Assembly: GCA_051866635.1 (NCBI GenBank)
Contig: JBJDXJ010000038.1
Span: forward strand, 1 to 64,000
Direction of reading: 5' to 3'
DNA length: 64,000 nucleotides
Source of the DNA: Clostridia bacterium
GTDB lineage: Bacteria; Bacillota; Clostridia; UMGS1883
Shown here piece after piece: positions 27,769 to 38,456 of this stretch (position 1 is the stretch's first letter; every line of letters begins with the position of its first letter). The position numbers and the translations under genes were made by a program. The notes under the pieces were generated by a model that worked only from the letters and a program-made list of their open reading frames with translations, searched no databases and was not told the origin of the DNA.

Positions 27769-28584
27769 ATGATTAATATAGAAGAACTTTTAACAAAGCT
27801 GATAGATTTGGGTATATCTTTCGGCGGAAAAATAATTGCTACACTGTTAGTGTTGGTAATAGGAATAAAATTAGCCAAGGTTTTGGTTAAACTTATGTGT
27901 AAAACAAAGGTTTTTCAGGCAATTGACCCCACCGCACAAACCTTTTTGAAAAGTACGGTTTCAATTGTTTTTAAAGCTATTGTATTTATAACTGCAATCG
28001 GAATTCTGGGCGTTCCTCTTACAAGTGTTGTAACTGTTATTGCCTCCTGCGGTGTTGCGATAGGTCTTGCACTGCAAGGGGGTCTTGCAAATCTTGCAGG
28101 CGGTATTATCATACTTATTTTCAAGCCCTTTAAGGTTGGCGATTACATAATTGAGGGCGGTGTGGAAGGCACGGTGGAAGCTATCGGCATTTTCTACACA
28201 ACACTTTTAACAGTTGACAACAAAAGGGTTATTATCCCCAACGGCGGATTGATGAATTCAACGGTAACTGCCGTAAACCAGCTTGACACCAGAAGGGTTG
28301 ACTTTACCTTCTCCGTTTCTTATTCGGCGGATATCGATAAGGTCAGAAAGGTTATTGCATATGTAATTGAAAAAAGCGAAAATATTCTCACCGATAAGGG
28401 CGTTGACATTTTCGTTTCAAATCACGGGGAAAGCAGTGTTGACTTTGCTGTAAGGGTATGGACAAAAACTGAAAACTACTGGTCTGTATACTTTGATTTG
28501 AACGAAAAAATCAAAAAAGCCTTTGACGCTGCTAATATTGAAATACCCTTCCCCCAGATGGATGTACACGTAAAAAATGATTGA
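27769..28584 (+). CDS. mscS: Small-conductance mechanosensitive channel
   Basis: AIGLALQGGLANLAGG...FKPFKVGDYI, GTVE.IGIFYT, IIPNG, IEIPFPQMDVH. Confidence 0.92.
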   Translation: MINIEELLTKLIDLGISFGGKIIATLLVLVIGIKLAKVLVKLMCKTKVFQAIDPTAQTFLKSTVSIVFKAIVFITAIGILGVPLTSVVTVIASCGVAIGLALQGGLANLAGGIIILIFKPFKVGDYIIEGGVEGTVEAIGIFYTTLLTVDNKRVIIPNGGLMNSTVTAVNQLDTRRVDFTFSVSYSADIDKVRKVIAYVIEKSENILTDKGVDIFVSNHGESSVDFAVRVWTKTENYWSVYFDLNEKIKKAFDAANIEIPFPQMDVHVKND

Positions 28585-28596
28585 CATTAACTTTTC

Positions 28597-28625
28597 TTGA
28601 CAATATAGCAAAAGGGTTGTATAAT
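28597..28625 (+). promoter_or_regulatory. Consensus sigmaA promoter of fic
   Basis: TTGACA-17 bp-TATAAT. Confidence 0.75.
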
Positions 28626-28633
28626 AAATTTAC

Positions 28634-28762
28634 AATTTCAAAAACAGCCAAAAATGAAATTTAAATGTCGAAAAATGGATGTTTAATTTCAAAAACGGGC
28701 AAAAATGAAATTCAAACTTCGAAAACCCAATATTATTAATGAATAATTTCAAAAATGAAATT
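28634..28762. repeat. Tandem palindromic operator-like repeats in the fic leader
   Basis: AATTTCA-N14-TGAAATT at 28634 and 28685 (51-bp period); compressed AATTTCA-N4-TGAAATT at 28745. Confidence 0.7.
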
Positions 28763-28780
28763 ATCAGGGAGGTGCTATAT

Positions 28781-29983
28781 ATGTCGGAAAACTCTCTTTA
28801 CAAATTGTTTTATATAGACCGTGAAGCTCAAAGAGCGGAATACGAAAAAAGATTTAATTCATCAGACAGCGTTCATATGGATTTGATGATAGGTGACAAT
28901 CCGGCATTTTTTGTTACTACACAGAATATATACCGCTTAGCTATGTCAATCATGCGTAGTGACAGGGAGGTAGAGAAACTGAACCGATTACTTCCGCCTG
29001 TTGCTATTGAACACTTTACAAAGCGTTGTTTGATTGACGAAATTATGCAGACAAATGATATTGAAGGTGTCCACAGCACAAGAAGAGAATTAGAAAGTAT
29101 TCTTTCGGATGTTGGCAGTGACAAGAAAAACAACAGGTTTTCAGGCTTGGTCAATAAATATTATTTGCTTAATAAAAATACGGATATCTCATTTGATACA
29201 TGTGAGGATATACGAAATATTTATGATGAACTCTTTGGCGATGAAATACGTGCGTCTGATCCCGATAGCGTTCCTGATGGATTGATTTTCAGGAAGAACA
29301 GTGTCAGCGTATATTCTGATGTAGATAAAGAACTCCACCGTGGACTTTTCCCCGAAAAAAAGATTATAGACAGTATGGATGGTGCGTTAAAATTTCTAAA
29401 AAATTCTGCTGTAGAACCTTTATTCCGAATTGCCGCTTTTCACTATCTTTTTGGGTATATACATCCTTTTTATGACGGAAACGGAAGGTGTAGCAGGTTT
29501 ATATCAAGCTGTCTTCTTTCAAAAGAATTAAATCCCCTCATAGCGTACAGACTTTCATATACAATAAAGGATAATATAAAAGCCTACTATGATGCCTTTA
29601 AGCTGTGCAATCACCACAACAATAAGGGTGAGATAACTCCGTTTATTGAAATGTTTTTATCTATTGTTGAAATTGCGGAAAAGCAACTTGTAGAGGCACT
29701 TAGAAAAAGAAAAGAAAAACTTGATTTTTACGGTGAAGCGATTAAACGCTTGCCGAACGGAAATGACGAACAGATTTCAAATCTCTACTTTCTTTTGGTG
29801 CAAGCCAGCCTTTTTTCGGACAATGGGATTGACACAAAAGATTTGCAGACTTGTATAAAATCATCCTATAACACGCTAAAGAGTAGGCTTGAAAAAATTC
29901 CAACTGAATTGATGAAAGTAGAGAAATTTGGACGAAATAAATATTATATGTTAAATTTAGAGAATGTTGACAAAATAATATGA
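28781..29983 (+). CDS. Fic family protein with probable C-terminal winged HTH
   Basis: Fic motif HPFYDGNGRCSR; TNDIEG N-terminal inhibitory-like motif; SD GGGAGGTG. Confidence 0.9.
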   Translation: MSENSLYKLFYIDREAQRAEYEKRFNSSDSVHMDLMIGDNPAFFVTTQNIYRLAMSIMRSDREVEKLNRLLPPVAIEHFTKRCLIDEIMQTNDIEGVHSTRRELESILSDVGSDKKNNRFSGLVNKYYLLNKNTDISFDTCEDIRNIYDELFGDEIRASDPDSVPDGLIFRKNSVSVYSDVDKELHRGLFPEKKIIDSMDGALKFLKNSAVEPLFRIAAFHYLFGYIHPFYDGNGRCSRFISSCLLSKELNPLIAYRLSYTIKDNIKAYYDAFKLCNHHNNKGEITPFIEMFLSIVEIAEKQLVEALRKRKEKLDFYGEAIKRLPNGNDEQISNLYFLLVQASLFSDNGIDTKDLQTCIKSSYNTLKSRLEKIPTELMKVEKFGRNKYYMLNLENVDKII

Positions 29984-29986
29984 TGT

Positions 29987-30036
29987 AAAGAAGCTGTGAA
30001 TAAGCCGAGTAAAATCGATTTATTCACAGCTTCTTT
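29987..30036. terminator. Bidirectional terminator
   Basis: AAAGAAGCTGTGAATAA/TTATTCACAGCTTCTTT between convergent genes. Confidence 0.8.
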
Positions 30037-30710
30037 TATGGCAGTATTCTTACTACCGTGCCGGTATTTGTAATGTCAAAAAGCTCCTCAACATCACGGT
30101 TAAACATTCGTATACAGCCGTTGGAGGCGGCTGTTCCTATGCTTGAAGGGTCATTTGTGCCGTGTATACCGTAGCCTTTTTTTGAAAGTCCCATCCATCT
30201 TGTGCCGTAGGGGCCGCCCGGGTCAAGCTGTTTATTTACAATTGTAAATACTCCCTGTGGGGTAGGGGTTGTGTCTTTTCCTGTGGCGATGGGGTATTCT
30301 TTTATAATTACGCCGTTTTGGTAAACGGAAAGTGTTTTTGCGGCAATGTTTACACGAAATTCTAATTTTAACGGGTTTGCGGGTATGCACAAAACCTGAC
30401 CTATACGTAAGTTTTCCGTAAGGCGGGGGTTTGCAGCAAAAATGTCGTCGGTAGTTAATTCAAAGCCTTGTGCAATTGAATACACGCTGTCACCTTTTCT
30501 TACCACATAGTAGTTTCCGCTTTCACAGGGGATAGTGGGACGGTTTACAGTGCCAAGGCAGATAATCTGCCCTACCCTTAAATCTTCTGGGTTTACAAAA
30601 GGGTTTAAAAGAAGAATATCTGCAAGGGGGATACCAAACTGTCTTGAAATTTTTGCCAAAGTATCTCCCGGGCGTATTTCATAAGGTGAAGAACCTATGG
30701 GGCAACTCAA
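30036..30710 (-). CDS. 2xLysM L,D-transpeptidase (YkuD family)
   Basis: Two LysM domains; YGIHGTNDPSSIGTAASNGCIRM catalytic motif; TTG start after SD GGAGGTG. Confidence 0.9.
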   Translation of the reverse strand: MSCPIGSSPYEIRPGDTLAKISRQFGIPLADILLLNPFVNPEDLRVGQIICLGTVNRPTIPCESGNYYVVRKGDSVYSIAQGFELTTDDIFAANPRLTENLRIGQVLCIPANPLKLEFRVNIAAKTLSVYQNGVIIKEYPIATGKDTTPTPQGVFTIVNKQLDPGGPYGTRWMGLSKKGYGIHGTNDPSSIGTAASNGCIRMFNRDVEELFDITNTGTVVRILP

Positions 30711-31393
30711 TCTATCACCTCCAGTATTGTGCCTACAGGGCATTTATTAAATATTTCAAGCATTGATTTATCGTCTGTTTCCACAAAAATTGCCGATGAA
30801 TCCTGCATTTTACTTTCTCCTCGTATGCCGATTTCGAAAGGAGAAAATAAAAGCTCTTTGGCACCCTCTAAACTTCCTGCCTCAAGACGCTTTTTTGTAA
30901 GCACATATTCCTGTGGCATAAGCACTGTTTCTGAGTTGATTTTACTTTTGTAAGTTTTAGCTTCACCTGTTTCGTCTTCTGTAATTGTAATCATACTGCC
31001 ATCTGACTTAATTGAAATACATACAGGTGATGGGGCAATTGGCACGCAAAGGATTATGCCTGTAAAAATATTTTCAGGAAGCACCCCTAAGTTTGCCCCT
31101 ATAAGCTCGTTTACATCAACACCGAATTTCTTACTTATTGTAAAGAAGGTATCACCCTCCTGTGCAATGTAATAATTTGTTGTTCTGCAGGAGGGGTATT
31201 GCTCTTTAGGAAGTGGTACGCATATAGTCTGACCTATATTAAGATTGTATGGGTTAAGGTTTACGTTAGCTGACAAAATATCCTCCACTGTTGTAGAATA
31301 GGACAGTGCAATTTTATATAAAGTGTCACCCTCACGAATAATATATGGTAGTGAGGAGGGAGCACACCTTTTTGCATTTGGACAAAATGACAT
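30707..31393 (-). CDS. 2xLysM protein with degenerate YkuD-like C-terminal domain
   Basis: YIIREGDTLYKIA and YIAQEGDTFFTISKKFGV LysM motifs; the C-terminus aligns weakly to the neighbour's LDT but lacks the His/Cys motif. Confidence 0.75.
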   Translation of the reverse strand: MSFCPNAKRCAPSSLPYIIREGDTLYKIALSYSTTVEDILSANVNLNPYNLNIGQTICVPLPKEQYPSCRTTNYYIAQEGDTFFTISKKFGVDVNELIGANLGVLPENIFTGIILCVPIAPSPVCISIKSDGSMITITEDETGEAKTYKSKINSETVLMPQEYVLTKKRLEAGSLEGAKELLFSPFEIGIRGESKMQDSSAIFVETDDKSMLEIFNKCPVGTILEVID

Positions 31394-31444
31394 AAAATCA
31401 ATCCTTTCATTACATTATCAGTATATAAAAAAAGCAAGCGGTTG

Positions 31445-32338
31445 TTACTGCTTGCTTTTTAAAAAGTAATCTATTGTATTTTCCTTGTCCTTTTCAATTT
31501 GCTCTTTAAGTTTATCTATTGAGGAGAATTTCTGCTCACAACGAAGGTATTTATAAAACTTAACGGAAATATCCTTTTGGTAAATGTCACCGTTGAAGCC
31601 TAAAATGTAAGTTTCAATCCTAAGGTTTCCGTCGCCTACAGTGGGGTTAATGCCAACATTTGTGACTGAAATATATTCTGCATTATCTATTTTTGTTTTT
31701 GTGGCATATACACCATAGGGTATATCGGGGAAATAGCTTTCGGGATAAATGTTTGCGGTGGGGAAGTTAAGTGTCCTTCCAAGCTTTTTGCCTTCTTCCA
31801 CAACGCCACGGACTTCAAAAGGGCGGGAGAGGAGCCTGTTTGCCTTTTCAATGTCGCCTTCTCTTAAACATATACGGATGTTACTGCTTGAAACAGTGGT
31901 GTGCTCATCCTCCATACAAGGGGAGATAAAAACTTCAATACCTTTATCAAAGCACAAAGATTTAAGAATCTCTGTGTCACCTTGTGCATTTTTGCCGAAG
32001 GTGTAGTTAAAACCGCAAAAAAGAGCTTTTGCGTTAAGTTTATCCACCAAAATCTTGTCCACAAATTCCACAGGTGACAGTGAAAGGGTTTTTTCATCAC
32101 AAGGGAGAGAGAAAACCTCATCTATACCTAATAACTTCATAATCTCCACCTTCATAGGAAGGGGGGTAAGATATTTTATTTCTTTTCCGAAATACTCTGA
32201 CGGGGATTTTTCAAATGTTACTGCAACACTTTTTAAGCCGTGCTCTCTTCCATAGAGAACACAATCCGAAAGTATTTTGGAATGTGCTTTATGCACTCCG
32301 TCAAAAAAGCCTAAGGCACATACAGAATTTATCATCAA
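31445..32338 (-). CDS. ribF: Bifunctional riboflavin kinase/FAD synthetase
   Basis: ALGFFDGVH, CGFNYTFG, VSSSNIR, GRTLNFPTAN, NVGINPT. Confidence 0.93.
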   Translation of the reverse strand: MMINSVCALGFFDGVHKAHSKILSDCVLYGREHGLKSVAVTFEKSPSEYFGKEIKYLTPLPMKVEIMKLLGIDEVFSLPCDEKTLSLSPVEFVDKILVDKLNAKALFCGFNYTFGKNAQGDTEILKSLCFDKGIEVFISPCMEDEHTTVSSSNIRICLREGDIEKANRLLSRPFEVRGVVEEGKKLGRTLNFPTANIYPESYFPDIPYGVYATKTKIDNAEYISVTNVGINPTVGDGNLRIETYILGFNGDIYQKDISVKFYKYLRCEQKFSSIDKLKEQIEKDKENTIDYFLKSKQ

Positions 32339-33198
32339 TAAAACCCCTTGATCATTTTAAGGCAGAAGTTTCCGTCAATCTCCTCCACACGGGACAAAGT
32401 GATAAATTCCCCCATGTAGTCATAGACACGAAGCGTCTGTCCTATATGCTTGTTGTAATAAATGGGAACACCGTTACGCACCATTTTTGACTGCCTTTCG
32501 TTAAGTTTTATGGCATCATACTCCATAAAACAGGTGTCCAAAGGTAAAATACAGCCTTGGGGATTTTGGGCAATCTCCTCCGGAGTATGTGCATCCTTAA
32601 GGGAAAAAATCCCCGTTTTTGTACGCCTGAGACTTTTAACTGCCCCTAAGCACCCAAGTTTTTCACCGATGTCGTCAGCAAGCGTTCTTATGTATGTACC
32701 CTTGGAACAGCGTACCCGAAGTGTTATTTCAGGGATAGAAATGTCAACTATTTCAATTTCATGGATAGTTACAAGCCGGGGCTTCCTTTCAACTTCAATG
32801 CCTTGTCTGGCAAGGTCATGAAGCCTTACACCGTCAACACTGATTGCGGAATACATAGGCGGAATTTGTTCAATATCGCCTGCAAAGGAGGAAACGACCT
32901 CTTTTATTTCTTCATTTGTTACATTTACAACCCTTTCTTCAAGGATTTTTCCCGAAAGGTCCAGTGTATCTGTTTTTACGCCCAATCTAATAACGGTTAC
33001 ATATTCCTTTTCTGTAGACACAATCAGCTCTGCACCACGTGTGGCGTTGCCCACAAGGATGGGAAGCACCCCTGTTGCATCAGGATCAAGTGTGCCTGTA
33101 TGACCCACTCTTTTGGTGCCGTATGCTTTTTTTATAATACCTAAAGCCTTAAAGCTCGTTATGCCCATAGGCTTATCCATTATAACTATGCCGTGCAT
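32335..33198 (-). CDS. truB: tRNA pseudouridine(55) synthase
   Basis: GHTGTLDPDATGVL, QIPPMYSA, CSKGTYIRTL. Confidence 0.95.
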   Translation of the reverse strand: MHGIVIMDKPMGITSFKALGIIKKAYGTKRVGHTGTLDPDATGVLPILVGNATRGAELIVSTEKEYVTVIRLGVKTDTLDLSGKILEERVVNVTNEEIKEVVSSFAGDIEQIPPMYSAISVDGVRLHDLARQGIEVERKPRLVTIHEIEIVDISIPEITLRVRCSKGTYIRTLADDIGEKLGCLGAVKSLRRTKTGIFSLKDAHTPEEIAQNPQGCILPLDTCFMEYDAIKLNERQSKMVRNGVPIYYNKHIGQTLRVYDYMGEFITLSRVEEIDGNFCLKMIKGFY

Positions 33199-34148
33199 TA
33201 TTTCACCGCCTCGGCAAGGTGTGGTAAAATTATATCCCTTACTTCTTCAACGCTTCCCTTTATGGTTGCACCTGATGCCTTTACGTGACCGCCGCCACCG
33301 AAGATTGCCGCAATCCTTTCAACATCATATTCGCCCTTGCTTCTGAAGCTTACCTTTGAAAAGCCATCATCCTCCTGACGGATAACAGCCGATATCATAA
33401 CTGATTCAATGGACCGTGGCACATCGGACAGGGCAGAGGTATCACTTTTAGTTGCACCGCTTTTTTCAACCATTTCATCAGTAATTAAAGCAATACCTAT
33501 TTTGCCCTCTTCAAAAAGCTCAATGGTGTTTACAGCCGCCGCCCTTAATTTCATCTGGGGCAAGGTTGTACGAAAATAAAGCTGGTTTGCAAGGTAGGGG
33601 ATGTCAACTTCTGCTAAAATGATTTTCTGCAAAAGCTCTGCTGATTTTGCCGTTGTGTTTGCATAGCGGAAGCTACCTGTGTCGGAGGTTAATGCACAGT
33701 AAAGATATGTGCCAATCTCTTTATCAACGGGAATATCCAAATCGCACATTAAGGTGTATATAACCTCTGCCGTTGCCGCCGCATTGGGATTTATACAGCT
33801 TACGGGAGAATTGACCTCCTCTGTTAAATGGTGGTCAATCCATGCTGTTTCCTTTGCGTTGTCAAAAAGAACGCTTCTGTCTCCAAGGCGGTCAAATGTG
33901 GAAACGTCAACTGCACACATAACATCATAGTCATAGTCATCTTCGGCGTTATATACCAAAACATCGGAGTTCATAAAGCCTAAATGAAAGCTCAATGGCT
34001 CCGGCATAATTACGTCAGCTTTAACATTGGCACTACGCAAAATTGTACGTAGTGCCAATGATGAACCCAAAGCATCCCAGTCGGGATTTATATGTGGGAG
34101 TATACCCACTGATTTTTTTGAAAGTAAAAAACTGAGAGGATTAATCAT
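33198..34148 (-). CDS. nrnA: DHH-family nanoRNase/pAp phosphatase
   Basis: HINPDWDALGS, IDHH, DTGSF, GGGGH..ASG. Confidence 0.9.
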   Translation of the reverse strand: MINPLSFLLSKKSVGILPHINPDWDALGSSLALRTILRSANVKADVIMPEPLSFHLGFMNSDVLVYNAEDDYDYDVMCAVDVSTFDRLGDRSVLFDNAKETAWIDHHLTEEVNSPVSCINPNAAATAEVIYTLMCDLDIPVDKEIGTYLYCALTSDTGSFRYANTTAKSAELLQKIILAEVDIPYLANQLYFRTTLPQMKLRAAAVNTIELFEEGKIGIALITDEMVEKSGATKSDTSALSDVPRSIESVMISAVIRQEDDGFSKVSFRSKGEYDVERIAAIFGGGGHVKASGATIKGSVEEVRDIILPHLAEAVK

Positions 34149-34506
34149 TGTCCTGTTCCTCTTTCTTTATTACAGATTGAAGTAATTCATTTATATGGGC
34201 ACCATGCTCAATGGAGTTATCAAGTTCAAAATGGAATTCGGGCAGTGCACGGAGAAGTACACGTGCACCGATTTCCTTTCTTATAAAGCCTGAGGCACTC
34301 CTTAACCCCTTTAAAGCCTCTTTCTTTGTTTCCTCGTCACCCATAATACTTATATATGCCTTGGCATACTTTAAATCCTTGGTAACTGTTACGGAAACAA
34401 CACTTGTCATAAGAGGAATACGGGGGTCCTTTAATTCTCTTATAATATCCGATAAATGCTTTCGTATTTCTTCGGATATTCTGTCTGTTCGCTGATAATT
34501 AGCCAT
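34141..34506 (-). CDS. rbfA: Ribosome-binding factor A
   Basis: RTDRISEEI, LKDPR, VTKDLKYAKAY, PEFHFELDNSIE. Confidence 0.95.
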   Translation of the reverse strand: MANYQRTDRISEEIRKHLSDIIRELKDPRIPLMTSVVSVTVTKDLKYAKAYISIMGDEETKKEALKGLRSASGFIRKEIGARVLLRALPEFHFELDNSIEHGAHINELLQSVIKKEEQDND

Positions 34507-34562
34507 AATATCAATTCCTTTATATATGGTTACATTCAATACCCCTACAATAAGCTATAGGT

Positions 34563-36836
34563 TTAATCTTGTTTAACTTCTTCCATAACGTAACATTCAA
34601 CGCTGTCGCCAACCTTGATGTCGTTGTAGTTAGTAAATGCCATACCACATTCGTAACCTGCCGCAACTTCCTTTGCGTCGTCCTTGAAACGCTTTAAGCT
34701 GGAAAGCTCGCCTTCGTGGATAACTATGCCGTCACGAACAATTCTTACAGAGCAGTGACGCACGATTTTACCATCGGTAACATAGCTGCCTGCAATTGTA
34801 CCAACACCTGAAACCTTGAAGGTGTCACGAATTTCTGCATGACCGATAACTGCTTCACGGAACTTGGGTGCAAGCATACCACGAAGAGCCGCTTCGATTT
34901 CTTCAATTGCTTCGTAAATGATGCGGTATGTTCTTACATCAACCTTGCTTGTTTCAGCGGCACTTCTTGCACCTGCATCGGGACGAACGTTAAAGCCTAC
35001 GATAATTGCATTACTTGCCGCCGCAAGTGTAACGTCGCTTTCTGTGATACCGCCAACGGCACCGTGGATAACCTTAACCTTAACTTCTTCGTTTGCAATT
35101 TTTTCAAGTGATTGCTTCACTGCTTCAACGCTACCCTGAACGTCAGCCTTAACGATAATGTTAAGTGTCTTCATAGCACCTTCGCTGAGGACATCAAAGA
35201 GGTTGTCAAGAGAAACCTTGCTCTGTGCCTTGAATGCTTCGTCTTTAATCTTCTGTTTTCTTGATTCAACAACGCTTCTTGCGGCTTTTTCATCGTCAAC
35301 AACATAGAATGTATCGCCGCCGTCAGGTGTTTCGGAAAGACCGATAATTTCAACAGGTGTGGAAGGACCTGCTTCCTTAATCTTTTTGCCGTTGTGGTCA
35401 GTCATTGCTCTTACTCTGCCCACAGCTGTGCCTGCTACGATAATGTCCCCTGCTTTAAGTGTACCGTTCTGAACAAGGACTGTTGCAACGGGGCCACGGC
35501 CCTTGTCAAGCTTGGATTCAACTACAGTACCCTTTGCCTGACGGTTGGGGTTAGCCTTTAATTCTTTAAGCTCTGCCGTAAGTGTAAGCATTTCAAGAAG
35601 GTTGTCAATACCGATATTCTGCTTTGCGGAAACTTCAACACATACTGTATCGCCGCCCCATTCTTCGGGAACGATGCCGTATTCTGTAAGCTCCTGCCTT
35701 ACTCTGTCGGGGTTTGCACCTTCACGGTCAATTTTGTTGATAGCAACAATAATGCTTACTTCTGCCGCCTTTGCGTGGTTTATTGCTTCAATTGTCTGAG
35801 GCATGATACCATCGTCTGCGGCAACTACGATTATTGCAATATCTGTAACCATGGCACCGCGAAGTCGCATTGCGGTGAATGCTTCATGACCGGGTGTGTC
35901 AAGGAAGGTTATGCTCTTGCCTGATACATTAACAGTATAAGCACCAATGTGCTGTGTAATACCACCGGCTTCCGTTGCGGTAACATTTGCCTTTCTGATA
36001 CAGTCAAGAAGGCTTGTTTTACCGTGGTCAACGTGACCCATTACAACAACAACGGGAGGACGGGGCTGAAGGTCAGCTTCTTCATCGGGTGTATCGTTAA
36101 AGAGCTTTTCTTCTAATGTTACAACAACTTCTTTTTCAACTTCCGCACCCATATCTTCCGCAATCATGCTGGCTTCGTCAAAGCCGATTGACTGGTTTAC
36201 GGTTGCCATAATACCAAGCTGCATAAGACGCTTGATTATTTCAACAGGACTGCACTTAAGGGATTTTGCAAGATCGCCCACAGTGATTTCATCGGGGATG
36301 AGAATGTGAAGCTTTTCCTGCTTCTTTTCGGGCTTCTTCTTTTCCATAATTTCTTCATTGGGCTGATTTTTCTTGCCCTGAGAAGGTTTATTTTTGTTTT
36401 TCTTTATCTTCTGCTTATTTGTTTCCGTGTCCTTCATGTCCACATTAACAAGGTCCTGTGCTTTTTCACGGTTAAGCTGTTGTTCAAGGTCAACTGCGTT
36501 CGTACGTGTGTCAATGTAGCGTACTTCCTTCTTGCGTGTGAACTTTTCGGAAACTTCTTCACTTGCAGTTTCCTTTACAGTTTCATTATTTTCCTTCTTT
36601 TCGGTTTTTACATTAGGTTCTTCCTTGGCTTCAAACTGTCTGCGTAAAAATGCCCGAAGGTCTTCGCCCTTGTCGTTTTTCTGTGTGTAATATTCCAAAA
36701 GAATATCCACTTCATTACCTTCAAGGGAACTCATGTAGCTTTTGCCTGTTACGTTGTATTTGGCGAGGACTTCCAATATTTCTTTGTTGGGAACGCCGAA
36801 CTGCTTGGAAATTTCATGTATCTTAATCTTACTCAT
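34563..36836 (-). CDS. infB: Translation initiation factor IF-2
   Basis: [38 protein letters not shown]. Confidence 0.97.
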   Translation of the reverse strand: MSKIKIHEISKQFGVPNKEILEVLAKYNVTGKSYMSSLEGNEVDILLEYYTQKNDKGEDLRAFLRRQFEAKEEPNVKTEKKENNETVKETASEEVSEKFTRKKEVRYIDTRTNAVDLEQQLNREKAQDLVNVDMKDTETNKQKIKKNKNKPSQGKKNQPNEEIMEKKKPEKKQEKLHILIPDEITVGDLAKSLKCSPVEIIKRLMQLGIMATVNQSIGFDEASMIAEDMGAEVEKEVVVTLEEKLFNDTPDEEADLQPRPPVVVVMGHVDHGKTSLLDCIRKANVTATEAGGITQHIGAYTVNVSGKSITFLDTPGHEAFTAMRLRGAMVTDIAIIVVAADDGIMPQTIEAINHAKAAEVSIIVAINKIDREGANPDRVRQELTEYGIVPEEWGGDTVCVEVSAKQNIGIDNLLEMLTLTAELKELKANPNRQAKGTVVESKLDKGRGPVATVLVQNGTLKAGDIIVAGTAVGRVRAMTDHNGKKIKEAGPSTPVEIIGLSETPDGGDTFYVVDDEKAARSVVESRKQKIKDEAFKAQSKVSLDNLFDVLSEGAMKTLNIIVKADVQGSVEAVKQSLEKIANEEVKVKVIHGAVGGITESDVTLAAASNAIIVGFNVRPDAGARSAAETSKVDVRTYRIIYEAIEEIEAALRGMLAPKFREAVIGHAEIRDTFKVSGVGTIAGSYVTDGKIVRHCSVRIVRDGIVIHEGELSSLKRFKDDAKEVAAGYECGMAFTNYNDIKVGDSVECYVMEEVKQD

Positions 36837-37152
36837 TAGCGCCACCTCCATGTAATTTTAAAATTGCCGATTTAAAGTTTTCATCACAAATAGCTATTGC
36901 GGAAACATTTTCCTTGCCTACCGCTTTAGATAAGGATGCTTTGTCGCCCACTTCAATAATGGGTATATTTGTGTTTTTACATTTACTTTCTAAATTTCGT
37001 TTATTACTGCCGCCTAAGTCAGAAGGGATAACAACAAGTTTTGCCTTTCCTGTTTCACAGGCGTTCAATGCTAAAAACACACCGAACTTTACCTTGCCTG
37101 CCCTTACTGCAAGACCGATCATATTAAGAATTTTATTATTCAACTGAATCAT
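36829..37152 (-). CDS. ylxQ: L7Ae family protein
   Basis: [19 protein letters not shown]; position between ylxR and infB. Confidence 0.88.
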   Translation of the reverse strand: MIQLNNKILNMIGLAVRAGKVKFGVFLALNACETGKAKLVVIPSDLGGSNKRNLESKCKNTNIPIIEVGDKASLSKAVGKENVSAIAICDENFKSAILKLHGGGANE

Positions 37153-37403
37153 TCCCCAATTTTTTCGTTTACAGCCTCAAAAACTTCACAAGGCACCTGA
37201 CACTTAAAAGACCTTTCAAAGCCTTTTGTTTTCGGCAAACGGTCAAAACACTCTCTCGTAGGGCAAATATAAGCACCCCTGCCTTGCATTTTGCCTGTGG
37301 GGTCATAGCATATTTCCCCGTCTTTTGTTTTAACTATACGTAAAAGGTATCTCTTTTCCTTCATCTGCCTGCATACTACACACATTCTTTCGGGAGTACT
37401 CAT
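37149..37403 (-). CDS. ylxR: YlxR/RnpM family RNA-binding protein
   Basis: PERMCVVCR...KR.LLRIV, D.TGK.QGRGAYIC. Confidence 0.92.
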   Translation of the reverse strand: MSTPERMCVVCRQMKEKRYLLRIVKTKDGEICYDPTGKMQGRGAYICPTRECFDRLPKTKGFERSFKCQVPCEVFEAVNEKIGE

Positions 37404-38437
37404 GCCTGACCATCGCCCTTAATGTCAATCTTCCAACCTGTAAGACGTGCGGCAAGACGGGCGTTCTGACCTTCCTTACCGATAGCTAAAGAAAGCTGAA
37501 AATCGGGAACTGTTACAAATGCACTCTTATGTTCTTCATCTATAGTTATCGATGATACTGTTGCAGGGTTAAGTGCGGCACTGATGTATTTTGAAATGTC
37601 GTCACTGTAAAGAATGATGTCAACCTTTTCGCCGCCCAAAGAGTCAACTACAGCGGCAACTCTTGCACCCTTGGGCCCTACACAGCTACCTACGGGGTCA
37701 ACGTTTTCATTGTCGGAATAAACGGAAATCTTTGTTCTGCTTCCGGCTTCACGGGCGATGGATTTAATAACAACTGTACCGTCCGCAATTTCGGGAACCT
37801 CCTGGCTGAAAAATTTCTTAACCATGCCCGGATGTGTTCTTGAAACCAAAAGCTGAAGATTTTTTGTAGATTTCTTAACCTCAAGGATGTACACCTTTAC
37901 CATATCACCTACATGAAGCTCTTCACCGGGAATCTGTTCACCGGGTGCCAAAAGTGCTTCTGCATTGCCCATGTCAAGGTATATGCCTCTCTTTTCTATT
38001 TTAACAATCTTGCCTGTTAATATGTCGTTTTCTTTGTCGGAATACTGCATAAACACGTGTCCGCGTTCAGCTTCACGGATTTTCTGAACAACCATCTGCT
38101 TTGCAGTCTGTGCCGCAATTCTGCCAAATGTGGCAGGGTCGGCAGGAAGCTCAACCTTGTCACCTAACTGGTAACGGATTGAAATTGCTCTTGCTTCCTC
38201 TAAGGAGATTTCTGTAGAAGCCTCCGAAACTTCTTCAACAACAGTTTTTTCAGCCCACACACGCATAGCACCTGTATTTCTGTCAACTGTTGCGTAACAT
38301 ATAAAATTGGAACCGTAATTCTTTTTATACGCTGTCACAAGTGCAGTTTCCAAGGCTTCGCACATTACTTCCTTAGGGATGTTCTTCTCCTTTTCCAACG
38401 CTTCCAACGCCAGGATAAGTTCTTTGTTTGCATTCAT
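37400..38437 (-). CDS. nusA: Transcription termination/antitermination factor NusA
   Basis: FGRIAAQTAKQ, AREAGSRTKI, LSLAIGKEGQNARLAARLTGWKIDI. Confidence 0.97.
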   Translation of the reverse strand: MNANKELILALEALEKEKNIPKEVMCEALETALVTAYKKNYGSNFICYATVDRNTGAMRVWAEKTVVEEVSEASTEISLEEARAISIRYQLGDKVELPADPATFGRIAAQTAKQMVVQKIREAERGHVFMQYSDKENDILTGKIVKIEKRGIYLDMGNAEALLAPGEQIPGEELHVGDMVKVYILEVKKSTKNLQLLVSRTHPGMVKKFFSQEVPEIADGTVVIKSIAREAGSRTKISVYSDNENVDPVGSCVGPKGARVAAVVDSLGGEKVDIILYSDDISKYISAALNPATVSSITIDEEHKSAFVTVPDFQLSLAIGKEGQNARLAARLTGWKIDIKGDGQA

Positions 38438-38456
38438 TTTCTTATTCACCTTCCAA

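Noticed and set aside
28634-28762. Possible mini CRISPR array
   Set aside because: Only two full units, the intervening sequences are themselves similar, and no cas genes; better explained as operators
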